In this document: in pieces, positions 1 through 14,390 of the stretch
Layout of the letters: each line of letters starts with the position of its first letter
How positions within the stretch are numbered: the stretch's first letter is position 1
Assembly: GCA_012295275.1 (NCBI GenBank)
Contig: CM022670.1
Location: 13,950,001 to 14,014,000 of the forward strand
Source of the DNA: Chrysomallon squamiferum
Lineage: Eukaryota; Animalia; Mollusca
Direction: 5' to 3'
DNA length: 64,000 bases
The notes under the pieces: generated by a model
What the model saw: only the letters and a program-made list of their open reading frames with translations
Database searches by the model: none
Told to the model about the DNA's origin: nothing
Program-made: the position numbers and the translations under genes

Positions 1-765
1 TCACTTAATTTAAAATTATTTTTCAGTATGTTCTTACAAATTAATGTAAATGGAAGTAACTTTTTTTTCAAATTATGACTGCCATAAAATATTAACTGTG
101 TGTAATAAACAAACACTTTGGAATGTGTTTATTACTCAGAATTAATATTTTAAACATTCAGTTACACACTTTCTAGGGAAATTAGCTAAGCACTTACAAC
201 TCTTGTACAGATTTCTCATTGACTGTAACAAACAGAATTATTAGGGTTAAGTACTCTTAAATTAAAACCTAACTGGAGTTCTAAAGTGTAATCTAACAGA
301 TGTGATGACATACTGAAAACATCTAACATATGCAACAGAAGCAAATAAACAAGACTAAATGAGTGATTAATTAAGAAAAAAATATTCCAAGAATCCGTGG
401 AAATAAACAGTATGACTAATCCCAAAATCTATGTAAACAAGTAATAAAAAAAATTACAGGAATTTTCTACAAGCTATAACATAAAATTACAAGTGGTGTG
501 AAAACCAGGTGCTCATTAAACCAAAAATTGTCCTAAAACTGAACAAGTTCCAGAGTCAAGTTCTAAAATGTAAAACCTCACAACACTAAACTCACAGTCG
601 TCTAAACCTCACTTTTCACTTGGTCCCAACACTGATAGTCTTTGAGCAGTTTCAGTGATCAGCTTAAAAAAAACACCTGTAATACTGACTGGAACATCAG
701 GTTCTAGTGAACCAGTGATTTTTAATACAGAAACAGTTTGATAAGTAATGTCAAATAGAATTTAC

Positions 766-888
766 CTTTTTGTTCTTTTTCTTTCGTCTTGTCTGTTAAA
801 ACGTCCAGCAAACTTCCGAGGTTTGCAGACTTTGATCGCCGTTTCAATGATATTGTGTGTCGTTTTGCTCTTCTGCTATCTCCATTTT
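766..888 (-). CDS. ARHGAP6: ARHGAP6-like Rho GTPase-activating protein, coding exon 3 (123 nt, phase 1-1): (E)NGDSRRAKRHTISLKRRSKSANLGSLLDVLTDKTKEKEQK
   Basis: Minus strand reads ctttattttcag|AAAATGGA...GAACAAAAAG|gtaaat. The frame is open and continues exon 2 (G+AA=E). The basic K/R-rich peptide ending KEKEQK resembles, from memory, the segment following IPK in vertebrate ARHGAP6 ([23 protein letters not shown]). Confidence 0.85.
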
Positions 889-3800
889 CTGAAAATAAAG
901 TTAAAAGAATATTTTACTGAAATGTGTGGGACTTGAATGTCAAAATCAGATCTGTGAAATTTTAATTTTAAAAAGAAACAAAGATACAAAATAATAAAAT
1001 CATACTAAAATATCGAGTGAAAATTTCTTTAACAACAAATAATAAACAGTGTTTTATATAAAGATGATGTGAAAATATTGTTTTCATGAGCCAGACTTAA
1101 TGAAAGCAGAAAGGCTTTTTTTGTTCTTGCCTTCCCTTCATCATGAAATACCAACACAATGTTTTAATATTTAAATGAATTAAGAAGTGACTGAATGATC
1201 AAGTAAAAAAATAAATAGAACAAAACAATAAATATACACTGTTTTCATTCTGGAATCTTATATATATATCTATATATATATTACTGGATCGAGGGAATAT
1301 ATTTTAGGTTTTCTTTATTTCTTTTGATGTTGTTTCTTTCGGTTAATTAGTGTTTTTATTCAGAATTCACCTTCAAATAACATGACATTGTATTTCAGTA
1401 TCAATGCACTGAAAACTGAAAGTGTTTCCCTAACAAAAACCTTGGACAGTCCATGAACTGTGCTGTTTTTATTTTCACATGGTTTGCTTGACATGTGGCT
1501 ATGGGACAATTGCAACAAATGACCATCGACAAACACTGTTCATTACCAGACCACCTCGAATAAAACTTTACAAAAGATTTTTAAAATCTCCTTGCAAAAA
1601 TTCATCAATGTATATGAAGAGAAAACTGAAGGACAAACAGCCAGAGGGAATATTCAACCGAATTTATTTCAGATTTACTCTTACATATACATGTGACTGT
1701 CCCTTAGGCAGTAAGAAAGCAGCTTAATGCAATGTTCAGTGTTGTTAAGTGTTCTGCTTTTTATAAAGTTACTAACAGCAAAAATTACTGGAGAATTAAG
1801 AATGTTTTTTTGTTGTTGTGTTGTTGTTGTTTTTTTTCCTTTTAAAGTTTCACGTGTCTTCAAACAGGTTTTTTTTCTGTTTATTGTTCAGATAATAAAT
1901 TAGCAAGCAAAGATAAAATAAATTTGTGGTTTGTGTAAGTAAAAGGGGAGTTGACCTTTTTTTCTACATTGCAGAGTTAGTTAAAGTGTGATTTTATTAC
2001 AGATAGTGTAGACATGATGTTTAAACCAACACCTGACTTGTTTAACAGACACGTATAAAGTACCAAGTGTGCTAACATGTAGAGTGGCAGCCATATTTTT
2101 CTCTCTCTCTATTTTTTGGTTGTTGTAAATGACATCTATAAATATTCACAAAGGCAGCAAGTTGAATAAATTCAGCAGACATTCAAAAGTTTGTTAACAT
2201 GTCACAACAATGTATATAAAATGTTCAATGCATATATTCAAAAACGATCTCTTTTGAGGAATTAGCTGCTGCATATACATATGTATGTACACACACACAC
2301 ACACTGACATATCTACTCATACATAACAAAATACACATAACACAAATATAAATACTTTACATACGTGCATACATACATGCATATATACATATAAATATAT
2401 GTAAATACATAGATTCCTTTATATACATACACATTCCCAAACACACACACACACACACACACATATAGACACATACACATACACACTCACATACACACAC
2501 AAATATATACAAACATAAATATATACACACATTGACACATTTGAACATACACACATTTGTACATACATATAATGAGGTAAACTATTTACAGAGATCTACA
2601 TAAACCACAAAAAAGTTATATCCTGCTGAAGCCGATTTGATAGAGCAATTACTCATCCATATCACTTAGTTGTGTTTCTTTTCACTTCAACATGATAAGC
2701 CAATAATTTCTTCATTCATAAAGCATTTCAATGAATAAATTCAACAGTTACTGAATGACATTAACAAAAAAAAAAAAAAAAGAATTCCATGGCCTATCCC
2801 AACTTCATAATCACACACGATAAAGACACAGGATAAGAAAAACATAAAATAAAATTTTCTGTGGTTGAAAACATCGAAGGCTGAGGGCTCAGCATGTGAG
2901 GTCAAGTGGAAAACTCCCAGAGTTGACATTCCATCGCACATGAATGAAGTTTTACAAAAGCAAAGTTAAAATATTAATACACTGACTTAACAATTGCATG
3001 GAGCATTGGAATGGGGAATGAGTAATAGGGAAGAGGTCAGCTAAAGTTTTCAGTGTTTACTGACAATGACATGTAACAATGCTGTATTTGTATTCTGTTA
3101 CCTTTCTCCACGTTCGAGTTTTCTCTCAGTTTTTATTATTGTTATCTATTTTACTCTCGTCTGTTCTCTTTATTATATATTATTTTTGTATTTTAACAGT
3201 TTCTTTTAACTTCTTTTTTTTCACACCGACATTTAAAACACATTATTATTTTATTATTTGATCCTTTCATTATTTTAATCATTCATTCTTATTTTATTCC
3301 TCAATCACTGATTTTCTTTATCTTAATTCCTCCTTTCATTTTTTCTTAATTTAAAAGTAACTTCTATTTTATTTATTGTTTCAAAGTTTTATATCAAACC
3401 TCACTCTCTTCCAGTTTTATACTTTCTACACATCTCTGTATTATGATGTAACTATTTAAGTATAATGTCATATAAAAAAGATTGCAGCTGAACTGTTCTT
3501 TCAGCTGTTAGAGTATTTTTGGGCTTAACTGCAAAATTAACCTTCTTGAATGTGCTCATAAGGCTATTTCATATTTCATACAATGTCACACAAAAGGCTT
3601 ATTGTCATGGTCTGTCATATATAAAACCGTTACTAAGGAAAACTGCATATAAAACATTCTGTTCCGCTTTTCTCTTTCTCTCTCTTGCTCACACATACAA
3701 ACACACACACAGACGATTGCCTCCAGTTAACCTCTACAGTGTGAACAAGTAAAATAATAAAAATGTAACAAAAACATCTTCACTCACTCACTCTTGTCTT

Positions 3801-6800
3801 TACACCAACACCTAAAAGTATCTAACAAGCAGTAAGAGCAAGTCCTTCTGACACACTTCACAACATACTATTGAGTCATAAGCCTGTCCTGTCACTCACC
3901 ACCTCTTTCTCCCCTGCCCTGAACCTAGCTGGAGGACAAACAAAAAAACAACAACAATCTATCTCTGTGCCACTACTGGTGGTCTGAAACACATAGTTCT
4001 AATCACAACATGTCCCGAAGGTGAACAATCCCATCCAGATAATTCATAGCTGGTGTTTGTTTTGTTTCAGGTAGTTTTGTAATACCGGAACTGACACTAA
4101 GGGGGACATGCTGCTGTTAATGTTTCACTAAGGGCTGGAGATTGGATGTCACTAACCTTATCTGAGGGATGATGATTAGTGAGATTATGGGTTGTTAACT
4201 TAATGATTGTTGACAGGTAATAATAATAATACATAAACTTTTTAATTTGGTTGTTATCAGGTGTTATAAATATGTAAAATTGGGATTTTTTGCTGCGATA
4301 TTCTTTTTTTTTGAGATGAGTATTTTTCATTAAAAATAAATATGATAGGGAGGTTGTGGGATTTATTTTTATTGTTCTTGTTGCTTTTGTTGTTTGTTTC
4401 TCTTCTTTTGTTGTTTGTTTCTCTTCTTTTTGGTCTGCTTTTGCTTGCTTTTTTTTAAATTTCTATTTGGATTCAGCCCAGTTTTCAGTTTTACTGGTTA
4501 CAAAAAATTTACTTTTATGTAATAAAAAAAAGAACACAGCTATTTAGTTTCTTGTTAGATAAATTATGTTGTTAAATATACCTCCCAGTGACAGAATGGT
4601 CATGAGCAAAATATTTTAATTTACAATAAACTAATATTCTAAATAAATAACACAACCTTTAATTAGATGTACTGATATTTTATATTTATACATTCCTAAA
4701 CCATAAAATTAAAATTAAATTCTAATATGGAGCTACCACTCCACCAAAAGCCACAAAAAAAAAATGTGAGGAGTGCTGAAGAATGCTCTTTCTACATTTT
4801 TAATTCTGCCCTCCTGTGGATGTCTGTGGTGAGTGAGTGTTTGTCTGTATTTATAGATGTATGTACATGCATCTTCTAAAATATAGTGACAGATGTATAT
4901 ATAATTATATATATATATATAGCCAGACAGAAAGAGAGAAAAAGATTAAACTGATATAAAACAGTCAAACTGAAGGCCTGCACAATTAACTCAGTAACAA
5001 CTGCACATCCTGTGACAGCTTTGACACCTGAGACATGACAGACACAGTGACAAACTGCAGACACACAGACACACACAAATGCATCTGGTTCCGGATTGCG
5101 ACACGTATGGATAATATTTTTTACGAACACCTGACAGGAGTTGATCCTGCGCTGCTACATTTAGCCTTGTTTCCTGTGCACTGAGGTTTTTAATGAGACA
5201 GTTTGATGGCTTCAGAGTTCATCTTGCTCTAAATATAAATCTCTGTGTTCAGAGCAGCCTCTAAATCTTCAGAATTCCCCCCCGTGTCTGCTAATAAGCA
5301 GAAAGACTTTTTCATGTTTATTAATGGAGCAGAAAAGACAGGCGCCATCATAAATCTTTCAGAAAATTTTGTATATGAATCATTTTGTTTTTTCTTTCTT
5401 TCTTTTCTCTCTCTCTCTCTCTTACAGAAATAGATGCCTACTTATTATATGTGTAATTTATGAAAATTTCAAGCTTTAAAATAAATCAGTGCTTATGTTT
5501 GTTTTTGTTTGTTTGTTTATCAGCGAATGTTCACACAAAACACATGTATGTTAAAAAAAAAAACAGGCATGAATACATGTTCACACACACACATTTAAAC
5601 AAACACTGACTTAAAGAATCAACAGTGCTTACTTCTCAAACAATTTTTTATATAATAATGAAACACTTGGCCAACACATTGGCTGTTTTTACTGGATCTT
5701 TTAGATGCATCATCACCATGACAGGTAAAATACATCTTTGTTTACATGGAATAAAATGTGCTAAAACTACTTGTTTCTACCACTACATATAACTTAGAAC
5801 AGATATAAATAGTTCTGCAGAACACACAAGTAAATGATAATTCACTTATAGACAGGTGAACATGATAATTACAAGGTAATACCAAAACACCTGTGAGAGG
5901 TGTAGTACAAACATCGTATTACTCCTGTCCCATTGTATATAAAACACACAGAATAACTTTCAGTCAGTGATTATCACTATATCATTAAAATATTCTTTAC
6001 ATCACGTAGCAATAAATATTTCACACCAAATCTGAAATACAACGCCTTAATTTGCTAAATATTATACTTTCTTGAAACTGATCTTATTCTGTGGTTGGAG
6101 CAATAAAAAGCATAGAAACTGTTGTCAATAAAATGTTTTCAGCGAGACTGCAAATATTGAAGGACTGGAATGAAATAGGATCAACTACATTTCATTCTCT
6201 TTCGCTTGGCTATGATGTCTTTGTATTCAAATTAAATAAAAATTATGTTTTTATATCTTCTTTTATTTTTCTTTCTTTCTTCTTTTCTGAGAGTATCCCC
6301 TTCAAAGAGAAAATAAAATCACTGACCAAGAGTGGCATGTCTTTTATACATTCTCTAAATTAAAGAGTTATTTAAACATTATTTATAATATTCTTTTTGA
6401 TTACTAATTTTATTTGAGACCATAAATGCTGCTTTGAAGTCTTATAATAAAAACAAAGACTGTGTTTTACCATAGACAGGAATGGACTTATATCAGTTAC
6501 AGGAAGCAGGATGGAATAAGAAAATAGTCAAACATCCACTGTTTCAGAACTCAACCCACAGCAGCAACCTGCTAATTAACTTTTCTAACAGTACCTTTAC
6601 TGTTACTTATTCTTTTTTATTATTATTCCTGGAAAAAGATTCAAATTTTCTAGCAGAGAAAAGTAAAGATTACATCTGCCGGCATTTCAACTTTAGAAGC
6701 CTACATTTCAAATCTCAAACAACTGCCAACATCTGTGGTAAGTAACATGCAGCAATCTTGGTATATAATTTACAGTTTTGATACTACTTAAATAAGTGTC

Positions 6801-7273
6801 TTTGATTCTTTTCAGATACATATTACTTTATTTTATCCAAGCTGTATTAGGTTTTTCTTAGTAATGCCAGCTCAATTGGTGATCAAAAATGGGAGGGTTA
6901 AGTTATCGCATTTCACTACATGATAGAAGATAACGAAAAAATATAAAATCCTTTTTTTTCTTCTTTCCCTTCAAGGGAGGTAGCCTTGCATGAAGGTCCA
7001 GTGTGAGCCATCATATCATATTCTGGCACAGTAATCTCTGGTATGTGATTGCACTAAAAACCATTAAAAGAATTCATTTTTATTCCACAAGAAAATCCCC
7101 CAAGAACACCCAATCTGGCGCATGGAAATGAGTTTACTACAGGTACTTATATTTACAGATGGATGTCTTACTAGAAATACTGAAGGTTGCAAGGACAGAT
7201 GGTTAAAATAGATATGATTGTAAGAAGAGAAAAGGTCAAAACGATAACTGAAAGGATAGACAACCACACACAA

Positions 7274-7308
<35 letters not shown>

Positions 7309-7910
7309 TACATATATAGACACACACCACACACAAACACACACAACCATAAACACACATACACACAACAGCACACACAACCATACAAACAACTACATAC
7401 ACAGATTAATTTAACCCTGAATTCACCTACATACATACATATATACCAACCCCCACACACACACACACACACACATCAAATAATCATATAAATTATTTTT
7501 TAAAGTCACACATTTTACTTGACTATCTTCTATGATCTACAGCAAGTAGCACTATCCTGAAAAAAATTTCTGTCTTGTAAATGAAGTGAAATATTTGCCA
7601 AGATATCCTCAATGAATCTGGAACCTTCACTGTCATCATATATCAAAACTTCTGACGACAATACAGCTGTCAGGATACCTCTGATATGATTGACTGTTCT
7701 TACAGGTGACATTTCTGTGTCCATATTATAAACTCTGGTTGTAAATCAATGTGACATAAATAATCTTAATTGTCAACACATTTTCATTTACACAGTATAT
7801 TAGTGAGAAACTGTTACAAAATTATTAAAATGGATATTCAAATATATCCACCAATTAAAAAAATAATAATAACATCAATCTATTTAAGAGGATTTAGAAC
7901 TTAAGAGGTA

Positions 7911-7941
<31 letters not shown>

Positions 7942-8721
7942 TTATTAATAAGATGAAAAAAGAAGAAAGGAAGATGGATGAATTATGATAAATGATATGC
8001 AAATCTTTCTTAAATAAATAAAGAAAGAAACAATGAAAGATTTTATAAAAAAAAGAAGGAAAAACGAAAGAAAAAGACAAGAAAAGGAAGAGAAGGGGCC
8101 AAAGCAATTTGATTGGCGCAGAAGTTAAATTATTTTATACAATGACAGTCTGTTGAAGAATTTTTTTTATTTATTATATATATTTTTTTTAATAACGTAA
8201 TAAACAATACCCATACAGTGGTTTTACTCAATATTTTTCAACGATTTTTCTTTTTTTCTTTCTTTTTTTCGTATTTTCTTTTTACTGTTTTTTTTTTTTT
8301 TTTTTTTTTTTTTAGTGATGGGTGGGTAGGATGGGGTGGTTATTTCGTTTTTCTTTTATGTCTACTCTGATATAAAAATGACACACGAATATACATAAAC
8401 CCACTTTCACTTGTCAAATTTGTCAAATCATATACTATAGCTTTTACCCCTTCTCTACGTCCATTTGGCAACAGCAGCTATGAGCTCTCGAATTCGGTGT
8501 TAAAGGTATTAGTTCCTGTAAGCGAAAACGTTCAGTGCGTGACGCTGATCTATGCTTCGTTTTGGTTGGGTGAGTGAGCACTTAATTTATTACTTTCAGA
8601 CCAGTTTTGTTATATATTAAAACTAATTCTTTCATTCTTTCTAGCAGTAAAGCCAAAAATCGAAACGAAATATTGAGTAAAATCTCTGTAAAGATTACCC
8701 ATTTCTGAATATCAGATATAT

Positions 8722-8756
<35 letters not shown>

Positions 8757-8793
8757 ATAATAATAATAATAATAATAATGATAATAAACAAAC

Positions 8794-8950
8794 CTTTTGG
8801 AATGACCAATGGGCATCCTAAGTCCATTTCCTGAAGTTTGGCGAGAGCGAGTTTTTGAAGTGCGAGTCTTTCCGCTTCCGTTAAGTGAAACAAACTGATT
8901 GGTTTGAGGATAACTTTGCGTCCACTCACACTGCACCATGTACACGAAGT
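8794..8950 (-). CDS. ARHGAP6: ARHGAP6-like RhoGAP, coding exon 2 (157 nt, phase 0-1): TSCTWCSVSGRKVILKPISLFHLTEAERLALQKLALAKLQEMDLGCPLVIPK
   Basis: Canonical acceptor ttattttgcag|ACT and donor CCAAAAG|gtttgt. The peptide aligns by eye with the conserved pre-GAP segment of human ARHGAP6 as I recall it ([53 protein letters not shown]), sharing TW..SGR.V.L, L.E.ER..LQ..A...LQ..DL.C...IPK. Confidence 0.93.
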
Positions 8951-10134
8951 CTGCAAAATAAATAAATAAATAAATAAATAAATAAATGTTTCTTTAAATT
9001 TCACCAGGAAAACTGAATGAAGTTAAGTGTTTGGCTATTGTGATTTACAAAATATAAAAAACATGATTGCTGATTATTATTATTGTTTATTTCTTCTTCT
9101 CTTTACAGTTACGTAATTTATGCTCTGTTCATTATTATTATTGTTCTTCTTCATCTTCGTTTGTTGTGGGGTTTTTTATGGAGGTACAATAAAGGAAACT
9201 AACATAAATATTTAACTTATTATAACTGGTTAAGGTTCTAAGTCATTCGGAATATGTCTTTGACGGGATAATTCTTTTTTTCTCTGATAAAATGAGATAT
9301 TTCTTTCTTTTGCTTGAATCGGATCAAAGAATACGAAATTAAAAACCAAGTCAATTGTCATTCAGTCAGAAAACAGATAAACAGTCAAATAATCATAGCT
9401 CGCAATCAACGTATGACTAAATATTCGTGACAAACAAACAAAACAATCCATAAAAATGATAGCTGTAATTTTATGACAGTACTACACACAGTAAGTAGTA
9501 ATGTTTAAACAAAATCAACCACTGTGACAATAACGAGAAGAAGACTCTAAAGCTGACCTAAATTATCGCTTGTTTTTTAACCGAAGAAATAATTATGTGA
9601 GTGGGTACAGGTAAGTCGATGGTGGAGGTTGTTCTTTTTTTTTTTTTTTTTTTTTTTTTGTTGTCGTCGTCGTCGTTGTTGTTGTTAGTAGAATATGACT
9701 GAACCAGGGTAAATAAGTGAGTGTCGTTTTCCATTTTATCGTACCATGGAGGTGTATCCTATTGTCATCAAGCAATGACGATGTTCTGCAAAATATCTTC
9801 ATTGTTCAAGAAAAATGTTAACCATAGCTTTTGAAAATAATTCTGACGTTAAACACACACGAGACGAAAATGAGCAGGAGTTTCGAACAAAGCAGCCAGC
9901 GAATCTGTTTTACTCTAATCAGTGAAGCGAGAGGGGGATTAAGGTATTACATTCTATACCTACATGGAAGCCGTTTTCTTATCGTTTAGAAACAGACACC
10001 TGTACGTTTGGCTCAGTCTGATATCTTGTTTTACACAGCTATCTCTGCTCGCTTCAGCGGTGTATCAGAAATGCTTAGATAACTATCTGGGGAGATTATA
10101 AATATATTTTTTTCTTCTTATATACATGAAAATA

Positions 10135-10385
10135 AATTAATATCAAGACGCCTGCACACATGTTAACATCAACGGCTATCAGTATCAACCATAAACTGTC
10201 GCTGTCGTTGTAGTTGTATAATAATGACTGCAACAGAAGAAAACTCTCTGTCACCACACCACAGGCTACTCTTTGATTAGCAGAAAGGAATTTTTAATAC
10301 GTAATTTGTGACAGGCAGGAAATCACATTACACAAACCTTTGATAAATCAGACGTTTGGTTTTGGATGAAACGAGAAAGATAAAA
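10135..10385 (-). mobile_element. Decayed SINE, same family as 28972-29265
   Basis: aaaactctctgtcaccacaccacaggctactctttgattagcagaaaggaatttttaatac...caggcaggaaatcacat...cctttgataaatcagacg is colinear with the other copies. Confidence 0.6.
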
Positions 10386-13300
10386 TCTTCCCAGCTATTG
10401 TCAAGAAATCTTATTAATTTTTTATTCTTTATGAAATGTTATATAAAATTATAATAATACACGTCAAAGTAACTAAATACTGCAAATCCGATTTACAACT
10501 TTATTCACATCCTTTATTGGTTAAAATATCCTTTGTATGCAAATTTTGAGAAAAGCGATCACTGTAAGTTATACAGCATTCTTCAGATTTAATGTTTGTT
10601 CTTTACATATAATAAGACAATAATGTGTAAATACATTTAACTCTTTCTTATTAAAAAAAACCCAGGAAAACAAAACAAAAACAACAAAAGAAGAAGAAGA
10701 ATGAATTAAAATTTTCAGTCTCCTGTTCAGGGCAATTTTTGTTCTTGAAGCAGTAAACTGAGGAACATTTCAAAACTAAACAAGTATGTATTGTGCTGAA
10801 AAGCGAGCTAAAAGTTCAGCGATCTTCGGGGAGGATTTACAATGTTTGACCGTCAAGAGGTCTTAAAGTCCGACGTTCATCTCCTTACGGTTGTTTGTCC
10901 CCGTTTACGATGCTCGACGAAAGCTTAATCCTTCATTTTGCAAACTAATGAGGTCCACAAGAAAGAAAAGCGTGTGGTCTTAAGATCTGAAATGTTTTGT
11001 TCTGCAGTGGTTACATGGGGAGCGTGACTGTATCATAGGAAAACAAACAAACAAAAAAAAACAAGAAAATATATTGAAACATTCCTGCATTTAACGACGA
11101 TGAAGACTGGTGGTAGGAAGATGTCTTCCTATTGGTAATAAATTTAAAAAAAAAAAAAATGAAAAAGGATCGCTTATATTTAATGGTGGGTCGTAAACAA
11201 CAGTTATATTTAAACATAATAAATGCCACAACCATCATCTTATAATAATAATAATAATATTATTATTATTTAAGCAAATAAATCTTTATGCGTTACACTG
11301 GCTAGTATAGTTCATGTAGTATTCGCAGGTTCAATGAGACAAAAGGACTAATCACCTAACTAAAATGAGTTAAAGATCATCAGTTATTAACAAAATACTT
11401 TCCGTCCCATTCTACGTTTAAAAAACAACGTGTCCTCCAGTGAAGTCGAATTGTGGACAAACAGACTTTAAATATCTCACTTAACGACGAACAAACAAGA
11501 GGAACTGAAAGTCACCGCTAATTACGGAAACGTAAATATAACTGATGGATATTCGTGTTTTTAGCACGGATGCTCGTGGGTCCTGAAATCTGAAAAACCA
11601 ACAAGTGTTTCTCTTTTGTTGCTGTTTATTTTTTTTCGCTTGGCACACTGCAGAATAATCTTCAAGAGGTTTTTTTTTTTTTTTTTTTTTCTGTCTTTAA
11701 AAAAAAATAAACATCAATAAATTGTTGTTAAATAATAATAATAATAATAATAATAAAGAAATAAAGAACGAAAGAAGGAAGGAAGGAAAGAAAGAAAGAA
11801 AGAAAGATAGATAAAAAGAGAAGAAAGCAAAAAAATTTTTTTGGATTTATCATCCTCACCATTATTTGTTGATCGGGTTCTTCTAATCCTCGAATATTTT
11901 TTCTTGTTATGGTAGTAGGTGTCGTTATATTTCATACTGTCCAATACATGACAAAAATGCATTGATCTTTTATATTAATTATAATACTGTTTTAATGGTT
12001 TATACACATATATCCTAAATATGTTATTTGTATCCAAACAATGAAAAACACTCTCTCTGCACTGAGTACTCGCTATGGGTGAGACAAAAGTAAATAAATA
12101 TTTCATGGTCTAAATTAATGTGCTTCAGAGTCGCCCCTAGTAATAGAAACGAAATCATTTAATTTGACACACTAGAGATGTGTGCCTTGTACAAAATCGT
12201 GTATTTCGATTCGCTTGTAATCTAACCCGATGCAGCTGTTTTTGTGAGACTGTAAGACGACACGACAAACGCGACGTTGTACACAACGATTAGACATGGT
12301 CATCTGTGTATTAGTAATCTCATCACGTAGTTCTTTATATGTCAACAGAAACCGCCAGGAACTGGGCTCGAATCCTGGAAATGAATTACTTTTCCAGATT
12401 ATTTTTTATTATTATTATTATTATTATTATTCTTATTATTATTTTTTAAATTATTATTATTATTATTTTTAATGTATTTATTTAAATTGAAACGGATATC
12501 ACTGTATCTTTTACATAAATATTCCGACGAAATTTATGACAAATTTATTGGAATCTATCTATCTTTTTATCTATGTATTTATCTACTCACACATACATAT
12601 ACACATGAGCGCGCGCATGCTGAAAAGATACACATGGAATTATTTTCTTTTCGATCAAAACACTTTACTCATTTTGGTTACGGAGATAAACGAATATACA
12701 CGAACATTCATACCGATATAAAGAATTCGTTGAAATAAACCAGTTTTCAGCATTCGTTACATAAACATTTTGTATAATCGAAGTCGTATATAATATATAT
12801 ATATTTTTTTTTAGATTCTCGTCTTCTCACCAACACCTTCTTTCAATGAAAGTCATTCCTTTATTTGTTTACGGGTGGAACGAACATGAAAAGGAAAATT
12901 TATTGCGGCCTACCTTTTGTCGCATAAAAACATTACGAATAGCGTTTGCATAACTCCTTGAATACAAAACCACCCCCTGTTTCGAAAGAGCAAATTAATA
13001 CACTTGACCACATTCCAGTCGTAATTCGGCGGTAAACTATCAAACAGAATTTAACTAATGGGGCGAGCAACGAGTTCTAAGAACACAGAAAAAAAAACAA
13101 GGACCAGTTTCGAAAAATATATCGTTCGTCTTTGCCGCAATAAAATGAAAATCATTTGCCAAGAAATCAAGATATATTTATAAAAAGATTGTTTGTTTTT
13201 TTCTGTGGTAAAGTTTCCATGACTGATATATCAAATTTTCCTTCGTCATTACGAAACACCGAAAGCCGATAACTGGAAAAGTTCACCTGTTTAGTTGTAG

Positions 13301-13582
13301 CATAATCAGAGGCGGATCTATTATGAAATTAAGAAGTTTAAGCTTCAGGGACCTCCAAAAGCGACTTTAGCCCAACTGCTTCACAATTTTAATCCAAATC
13401 TGAATGCCATGGTTATTTATTTATTTATTTATTATTTTTAAATATATGATGATCTGTCATGGAACATTGAAGGAGATAACAGAGGTTATCCAGAACTAAT
13501 TGTTTCCTGCGAAGGGCCCCCGAAAAGTGCAGGTTTTTACTGAGCGTAAAAATAAATTTTAACATTTGACTCATTCACTCAC

Positions 13583-13590
13583 TCTCTCTC

Positions 13591-13667
<77 letters not shown>
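13583..13667. repeat. (CT)n microsatellite
   Basis: Directly visible. Confidence 0.95.
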
Positions 13668-13669
<2 letters not shown>

Positions 13670-14059
13670 CGTAGTAGTGATAGCAAAAGGAACAACAGCT
13701 GCAGCTTCAATAATAACAGCAGTAATAGTAGAAAGGTAAAACTTTCATCCCGCTTCATCTACTTAATATATCATTTATGTCCAACGGAAAAACCTGATCC
13801 ATCAAATCTAGAGTCTGATAGCAGATTCATGTCCGAATCAATAATAAACCATCAATAAATACTTGCTTGGTCAGCAGTTGGCGTAGTCGTTATGGTAATT
13901 GCCGTAGTTAAGATAATTGCAGAGAAAAGCTTGTCAAGTCGACGAAAACAAAGTCGTTGTGGATGGAAATGAGACACTGATACAATAATGGTTAAACAAA
14001 TTTAAATTTGTTTACCTACTTCATTTTAACGCGATTTGCGGTAGTGATTACGATGTATT

Positions 14060-14086
14060 TGTTTGTTTATCTACCTACCTATCTAC

Positions 14087-14152
<66 letters not shown>

Positions 14153-14322
14153 GTCTGTCTGTATCTGTCTGTCTGTCTGTCTGTCTCTTTGTCTATGTAT
14201 GTAGTATGCATGCATGTATCTGTCGATCTATCTACTAGTACTACTATTTCTACTACTACTCCTACTACTACTACTACTACTATGACTACTACTTTTATTA
14301 TTATTATTTTATTTTAATTGTG

Positions 14323-14389
<67 letters not shown>

Positions 14390-14390
14390 T
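14060..14390. repeat. Compound microsatellite: (TATC)n, (TGTC)n, (CTA)n, (TTA)n, (TA)n, (GT)n
   Basis: Directly visible. Confidence 0.95.

Noticed and set aside
13307-13530. cagaggcggatcta...gggcccccg, and similar caggagtggatc at ~60106, resembling MITE termini
   Set aside because: No matching opposite terminal repeat or target-site duplication could be identified, so it is too degraded to call.
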